Part shown: piece after piece, positions 61,201-64,000 of the stretch | Layout of the letters: each line of letters opens with the position of its first letter | How positions within the stretch are numbered: position 1 is the stretch's first letter | Origin: Candidatus Micrarchaeota archaeon | GTDB taxonomy: Archaea; Micrarchaeota; Micrarchaeia; Anstonellales; Bilamarchaeaceae | DNA: 64,000 nucleotides | NCBI GenBank assembly: GCA_964647855.1 | Contig: CAZYJW010000002.1 | Coordinates: 244,399-308,398, forward strand | Reading direction: 5' to 3' | The notes under the pieces: generated by a model | Told to the model about the DNA's origin: nothing | Database searches by the model: none | What the model saw: the letters and a program-made list of their open reading frames with translations, nothing else | Translations under genes and position numbers: made by a program

Positions 61201-64000
61201 GAGGCGCCCAGAAGCGACGCCGAGAGGGCGATGGTGGCAAGGATGGAGGCCGTGCTCAGGGAGAGCGGCGCCGAGCCGTCCCGCGCCAGCGCCGAGCAGG
61301 TCGAGGCCGCGATAATGAGGGTCGCGTGGGAGAGGGCGAATCTCCCCGAAAGAGGGGTGGTCGGCGCTGAGGGCGTGGCGCTCGAAATAAGGCTGAGCGT
61401 GACCGACCCCGCGACGCTCGCGAGGCTTAGGGGCTTGCTTCCGGAGACCGGAAAGGGCCTTGCGGAGGTCCTCGCGAACCGCTTCGGCATCAGGGGATTC
61501 AACACGTTCTTCGGGCATGACGGCGCCAACGCCGCAATCAACCTTGTCGAAGCCGCAGTCGCATCGTACGCCACGAGGCACAATCTCACCATAAGGAGGA
61601 TGGGGACGCTCAAGTACGTGATAGAGGGGGGCACTCCGGAGCTCGCGCGCGGCCTCCAGGATTTCATTTCGGAGCACCTCCAGACCAGCGGCACCGCGCT
61701 CGGGGTCGCGAGGGACATCCCGGTCATCCCTGTCGGCGCTGATACTTCGGTGGCCACAGCGCTCGCGCACGTTGCAAACGGCCACATGGTTGTGGAGCGC
61801 AGGAGCCTCGAGCGCAGATTCCCGCATCTTGCCGGGATGACGGACGCCGAAATCCGGGCCACCGACTGGGACGGGGAAATCCAGAGGTACGCGGACGCGA
61901 ACGCACTCATCAACGCGATGGGGAACCGCATGGCAAGCGATGCGCTCCTGCGGACGCTCCTCGGCGACAGCTATGACGCCATGGCCCCCATAATCCAGCT
62001 TGTCAGGGGACGCAGGGACATCAGGAATTTCGAGGACCTCGTGCTCGCGCTGAGGGACCCGCAGATAGGCGGTGCGCAGGGGCGCGTTCTCGAAGGCGCG
62101 TTCCGCAGATTCGTCGTGGAGGAGGGCCGCGCGTTCAGGCTGAGGGTGGAGGCCATACCACGGCCCATGAGGCCCGCCGAAAGCGAAGCGCAGGCGGTGC
62201 GCCTGCGGCTCGTTGCAGGTGGCGAAGCCGAGGCCGCCGCGGGGGGAAGGGCCAGGCGCGAGGAGGCGCCAAGGCCCGCGCTTCCTTTCAGAGAGAGGGA
62301 GGTCCACAGGATGGAGCGCGAGGTAGGCGCGATTCCGCAGCCGCGCGCCGACGCGGTGTTTTCCAGAGGCCCGCCCGAACTTCTGGCGATAGCCCGCGTC
62401 CTTGATTCCATGGTCCCCGGAAGCACCGTGCTTTCGGAAGGCGGGCTTCGGAACCTGATGCGCAGGTATCCCGAGTATGCCGAAGCCCTGCGGGCGATGA
62501 ATGAGATTGAGCCTGTCGGCCGCGACCTTGTGATAGAGGCTCACGCGCCGAGAATCCTTTTCGAGCGCGCGAGCCTCCGGCTCGAGCACGCGATAGCCGG
62601 CGCGGGGGATTCTCCAGCGGTCGCCGAGACCGCAAGGCTGATGCTGCGCGGGAAGCACGGGCTGGTGCAGTCTTTCTCCGAGATGGGCTCGCTTGACCTG
62701 AACGTATTCACAAGGGTGCAGGAGAGGATGGCGCTCGGCATGGGCGAAGCCGATGCCATCCTGTCCGTGGCGCGGGAAATTAACGGGGGCGGGTCTTCGC
62801 CGCCCCCCTCGCCGAGTCCGATCCCGACAGGGCCCAGGGGCGGCGGCGGGCCCGGAAGGGGAAGGAGGCCCAGGGGGGGCGAACGGCCGGTTCTCAGAGT
62901 AGTGAGGCCGGATGAAACAGCCGCCAGGGCGCCGGCAGCTCCGCCCGCACGCACGGATGCGAGGGCACCCGCGCCTGTCCCGGAGGCGTTAGTGCCAGGC
63001 GGGTTCAGGGACGCCGCAAGGAGGGCAGCGGGGGCAGCCGCAGAAAGGCGCACCGGACCGGCGGACCTTGCGGCAAGAAGGGAAGCAATGCTTCTCGAGC
63101 AGGCACAAGCACGCGAGCGTACGCTCGTTTCGCCGCGAGATTTGGCGGAATTCGCGAGGATGGTCGCAAACGGCGAGCAGGTGCAGGCGGGACGCGTGCG
63201 CCTCAGCGCCCGCGACCTTTTGAGCAGGATGGACGTGCGCGTGCAGGGCGAGGTCCTTGCGCTCGCAAACGATGCGGCTTTCGCGCAGGCCGCGCGCAGG
63301 CCGGCCGCAGGCGGCGACGACGTGTTCCGGCACCACCTCCAGGGCAGGAGGGCCGAGGTGGAGGCGAGGGCGGGGCGCATCAGGGGCGCCGCCCCGGCGG
63401 AGCGCGAGGCCGCAGCCAGGACCGGAACCGACGATGCAGCTGCAGCGCCGCCTTCAGCGGTAGGCAGGTTGGCTGAAGCGGGCCCGATAGCGCCCGGCAG
63501 CATAGTGGCTATGAGCGGGCCCCATGTTTCGCCGTCGCGCTACAATCATCTGCTCGGCGCGTACCAGCACATGGAGGCCGGAAGGCCGAGCGGTGCGGGC
63601 CCGCGGACAGAGCGGCTCGCCAGGCAGGCTTACGAGCAGGTCAGGCGCGGGGTTCCGCGCGAGCAGGCGGTTGCGAACATACTCGATGCCAATCCCCCGA
63701 GAGGGAGGGACGACCTCGGCTCCGTTGCCATGGAGCTCTTCGATGTCGCGGAGGCGATGGTGTCCGGCAATCCGGAGAGGGTTGCGGCTGCAAGAAGGCA
63801 TTTCGAAACGCTTGGTGCTATGCAGCGGGACGCGCTCCTTTTCCTAATAAGCGAGGGAAGCGGATTCTCGCAGGGCGATGCCGCCCATAGGGCGGTGATG
63901 GCGGAGCGCCTCGCAAGGAGCATAGAACTCGAGCAGGGCGGGCTTGTCGAGCCCCTTTCAAGGGACAGGGTTGTCGCGCTTGCACGCGCCGCAGACCGGC
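52297..64000 (+). CDS. Giant protein 2 (more than 3,900 aa, partial; runs off the right edge), unknown family; central hydrophobic block and two GGDEF/palm-like domains
   Basis: Hand translation from ATG 52297 (MTQQQRRQAAPPQAEQPIAERVIHDMSRTPAMMAGRETAARAF...) stays open to the end of the window. The ORF track lists no plus-strand ORF in this frame after 52297, as expected for one ORF lacking a stop in the window. Frames were spot-checked at 60541-60600 and 61441-61560. Confidence 0.8.
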   Translation, partial: MTQQQRRQAAPPQAEQPIAERVIHDMSRTPAMMAGRETAARAFLQEQQAALEARRASERLAATLGITPTRTAEAARADFDQAAGAMRARLAALREHNVGVESLDRRNQQIVQILERQLGRIEERARSGDTEGAGQAMRAFSTVMNGVARTASIVANMVREGAPPQLAERVDQASAFDVGGASLRARALRRVGEVFTARAAVFRAREGEGVTRDLAQEALRLTSVESNQTDLTREQYDASMRTLETISTTATSIGNELNRLYQSTLTYYLQTLAEVLTRDVSDQVKQRIRRLIQDVTETRDRYGREGETPPTEAELGSIASRIRTAQEAADALSDKTTLTAEARRHLETVYVGALDALAAGRTQAGETLSAAADEIRRLGRAAGFGRLGRDARRAVSEYLSSLARAAGAIASAETPEARAEAEGTMRATIARRLAGELQGAARTLGGESERLLNGIIGQLGEHPERATMDNLRALAGALSACQKMLGFANVRMPEEQRQALTGIFNRGLQAIAGGDLRSAGMQFRLMDLYASRDATATQRSELNQLSQMLATQGAAALDVIDRYMRVNDRITNLRTQAARGSLGRSERAEFDRLISEMERMRANLAASGSMVSDEEAAAHVTALRARMRENREFRDTIANLVRVNRREGETEEQAEARILDYVARGELEEAAQRRFDEMGRLADSFLSSLGARQGRERTNVVTIFRNAISALLGGNMEDARRFRSAGEAYASLRDPRDRRTLMDILAGTEGRPAPRAGQSVFTERELRMLDVLGQWSRFDETVRGTGESRNARAYFDLAMWVARQGTREEFQLVMDMASAYGAIASVDPRTLPSEMREQRSAEMRRIQGALGDFSREARRLSDIGADRARGGWRPREGQLTPLAGAIVLEGSFTRRLGEGDASLAPGLSGDALAEAQTEAGARRLVELQGQADAAGRLAQSLGFEVRCRQAEGPASAERATERRYQRVAADLRESSEEARAAGDLQVADFYSQEAARVDRGFVRTSVGAARSAFARGQDALEEARGLVREADDAATKSADQMRTRIGELRAALPPARQAEVDQMLRQAGTDEAQVRVVYTGLLRLRAQERSREGTTLVEDAGLMLDGISSYDRSVRSVTTIHSYSGRRELQIGVLTLAAVSEGYDVDLLGQPVMVREAPAAAGAQPQEVRARASVERLAALRGNGRGQVAVGLRSVEGQERIMRARWSTVTRAQREVRDANETRIRGIIDNMLQDGGPGNPPLIADAGARERFRARLAAIGGVTDREQRARQYQQLYLEVGRAAGVRTESRGAPEWLTAGGRGVRGETLYDAEAHYRRYRTAVGLAYRERFDAASTHIRSSSIEIRESGALATNRVNERRLTLARDEARGNSFGLAHLADLRRWGMVSEGVGIWGNTYDTMFEHVMRTPAVAMEQVGAMIEHLPPAERESYRARLDSALRRGVERRSSAVLDIWMELASRHVNPPQTEEPGRMGRRSTTLLDAVVGQDLFYYDADGLERRILRARGMRREGNSTGAESEMDGALSDMAVLETAERRGIERTRDERTFWARYHERHPSRRRGFGEAGRTARERLTREIPRRPDGEEVDERTRGAIEDNNAAREPEIRGIEASADRSIGYMRSSVRASSAAIDELLMHREPVDIASPEIAQELYFALPEEAQRRYRQYIDRLPSNGESTETAEARRAALEFYNALRGNSADFGAAVGRMRRESGPGGTFSNMVGVLAQLEADQATLQYRTWDYNEAYARQTAEFLVQYAGTELDRMENAENRRYLTSSQEHHDFARTNRYGWAPHGGEYRASYQHRERATRALEFASALLEEGNARRAADIIQNNEVLTARGMYRETRTPREWHDDHGLRLGLAHRQGNEYGFRATDQLCGLIYRGRMEVLSYYDEDAMAAARPRMQQMAEMEIEHTLRSLGIQRTVGADDEIYYERWQPPSEEAAQAFADSGRRLMNQLGEHDSFILGQSDASLLLGSWIGSEEIRYNEATFAIADRSWRAAMRASRGEVDGSRTLLARVDELTPELSTARGQVQDWASYQRAAGLGIDIVAIAGTAIFAPEFLPATFMMMGARGVGEGLEMRRQAGEWTGEAIFATSMGAAGMVLVPLSEAASLMRAAQITRGLARGAQWAERAVAAEEAMAVGFRGSRLTSLMSAGQAERTALMEAAQALGEGRTVLTTGGQMLRAGTPEAAAFLGQDAGFLVRAGQYVRGGAELTAFQRAVHIAGLGMMGAGGGQFLYHLPQQLDALGSGQTTLLEVGLGAWLSVGQAVGQGAYAIRAAGSAGPTSGYIPRPMQYLAAAAFGIPLTPRPAHVMARDSALAARELARMPAQERTSYEAYRDRNRITLDPSEERAIVRDYNEARTRAESRGETLTFDSYMQRPTAEGARRLSAAALESGYQLYRAGQMPASDLTPALRAYSESRAGGAEPLDAAAAALRAPAQPQPAEAPAGPSRAASMAARRERAGAAARLETERRQYGQDIAPHIDRVATDSGATIPPALRASAADLAFHAERLATAPPGQRAEVRASIPERLRTSAEVLSREPEFRDAIIGRDGARLETPDRSAQMRAALEEAATMPAHSGMPETSRMRLALNTERIIGMRDLTAEDLSGHAERYERRAGSLREEGRTAEADAWARSAGRLRAEAARRAPAAPGEEARAAPAPRPRAAPAEEHVPAAPRARPPETAAARSRRDAVADAPAQDQFSPDAVARRIFERSRQEGREAWTTGGPLLETGTILRSVEDYVLRLARAGEERDVVVLTGDKTLLNAINEFLGREWGDIGLDAYQAILQRAISRVIRSGGGTRPGEDVALVRPSARSDETVSVLVLRRGRGEQVRANLQREIEAATRWVMESPESPFRAQFARIRGLVRDPAGLAAASTERSRVIRIRRDERGRVTATYAGGENAFIRRPEGRTEFLTAAVTRTDDPHFAGGLRREVHLREDPNVRPALEPYEQGRVQDAWQRREAPRSDAERAMVARMEAVLRESGAEPSRASAEQVEAAIMRVAWERANLPERGVVGAEGVALEIRLSVTDPATLARLRGLLPETGKGLAEVLANRFGIRGFNTFFGHDGANAAINLVEAAVASYATRHNLTIRRMGTLKYVIEGGTPELARGLQDFISEHLQTSGTALGVARDIPVIPVGADTSVATALAHVANGHMVVERRSLERRFPHLAGMTDAEIRATDWDGEIQRYADANALINAMGNRMASDALLRTLLGDSYDAMAPIIQLVRGRRDIRNFEDLVLALRDPQIGGAQGRVLEGAFRRFVVEEGRAFRLRVEAIPRPMRPAESEAQAVRLRLVAGGEAEAAAGGRARREEAPRPALPFREREVHRMEREVGAIPQPRADAVFSRGPPELLAIARVLDSMVPGSTVLSEGGLRNLMRRYPEYAEALRAMNEIEPVGRDLVIEAHAPRILFERASLRLEHAIAGAGDSPAVAETARLMLRGKHGLVQSFSEMGSLDLNVFTRVQERMALGMGEADAILSVAREINGGGSSPPPSPSPIPTGPRGGGGPGRGRRPRGGERPVLRVVRPDETAARAPAAPPARTDARAPAPVPEALVPGGFRDAARRAAGAAAERRTGPADLAARREAMLLEQAQARERTLVSPRDLAEFARMVANGEQVQAGRVRLSARDLLSRMDVRVQGEVLALANDAAFAQAARRPAAGGDDVFRHHLQGRRAEVEARAGRIRGAAPAEREAAARTGTDDAAAAPPSAVGRLAEAGPIAPGSIVAMSGPHVSPSRYNHLLGAYQHMEAGRPSGAGPRTERLARQAYEQVRRGVPREQAVANILDANPPRGRDDLGSVAMELFDVAEAMVSGNPERVAAARRHFETLGAMQRDALLFLISEGSGFSQGDAAHRAVMAERLARSIELEQGGLVEPLSRDRVVALARAADR

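Noticed and set aside
53290-63801. Many 100-576-aa ORFs on both strands within 52.3-64.0 kb (for example 57463..58965, 60928..62658 and 62541..63503)
   Set aside because: All are in frames other than the open frame that starts at 52297. Their translations are Arg/Pro/Gly/Ala low-complexity. The sense frame gives a coherent, non-repetitive protein with recognisable domain-like segments.

Overview
High-GC archaeal chromosome fragment. This is shown by a split RNA polymerase B subunit (rpoH-rpoB''-rpoB'-rpoA'), aIF2-alpha, Nop10, L44e/S27e, a PAC2 chaperone, GINS, an S-layer protein, a class III (archaeal pilin) signal peptide, and TATA-box/leaderless gene starts. Lineage cannot be assigned without searches.

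Layout:
- 1-29.5 kb: mostly housekeeping genes, one intron-containing tRNA-Thr, and a tandem trio of paralogous unknown proteins (14.4-17.4 kb).
- 29.8-36.8 kb: a visibly AT-rich, roughly 7-kb integrated element. It is bounded by a 15-bp direct repeat that matches the 3' end of tRNA-Val. It carries a tyrosine integrase, an Mrr-type restriction nuclease, a four-helix-bundle protein, a membrane-anchored trypsin-like protease, and a tightly coupled three-gene operon (winged-helix-like proteins plus a PLD/MIT_C-like domain).
- 36.8-37.1 kb: divergent tRNA-Val and tRNA-Gln. Both carry non-canonical D-arm introns.
- 37.2-40.9 kb: a cytochrome-b5-like lipoprotein, proS, a DUF350 protein, and a RecJ/DHH protein.
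- 40.9-64.0 kb: the most unusual region. It has two giant ORFs, one of 2,805 aa and one of more than 3,900 aa that starts at 52297 and runs off the window. It is absent from the ORF track because no stop lies in the window. I recognise no family for either giant ORF. Both share an architecture of a long Ala/Arg/Glu-rich helical region, a central Gly/Ala-rich hydrophobic block, and C-terminal enzyme-like domains. The first has a kinase-like domain; the second has two GGDEF/palm-like domains. Small accessory genes sit between them, including a paralogous pair.

Method and limits: all calls come from reading the ORF track and hand translation. No database search, GC calculation or structure prediction was run. 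Many long ORFs in the track are antisense or shadow ORFs typical of GC-rich DNA and were not called.
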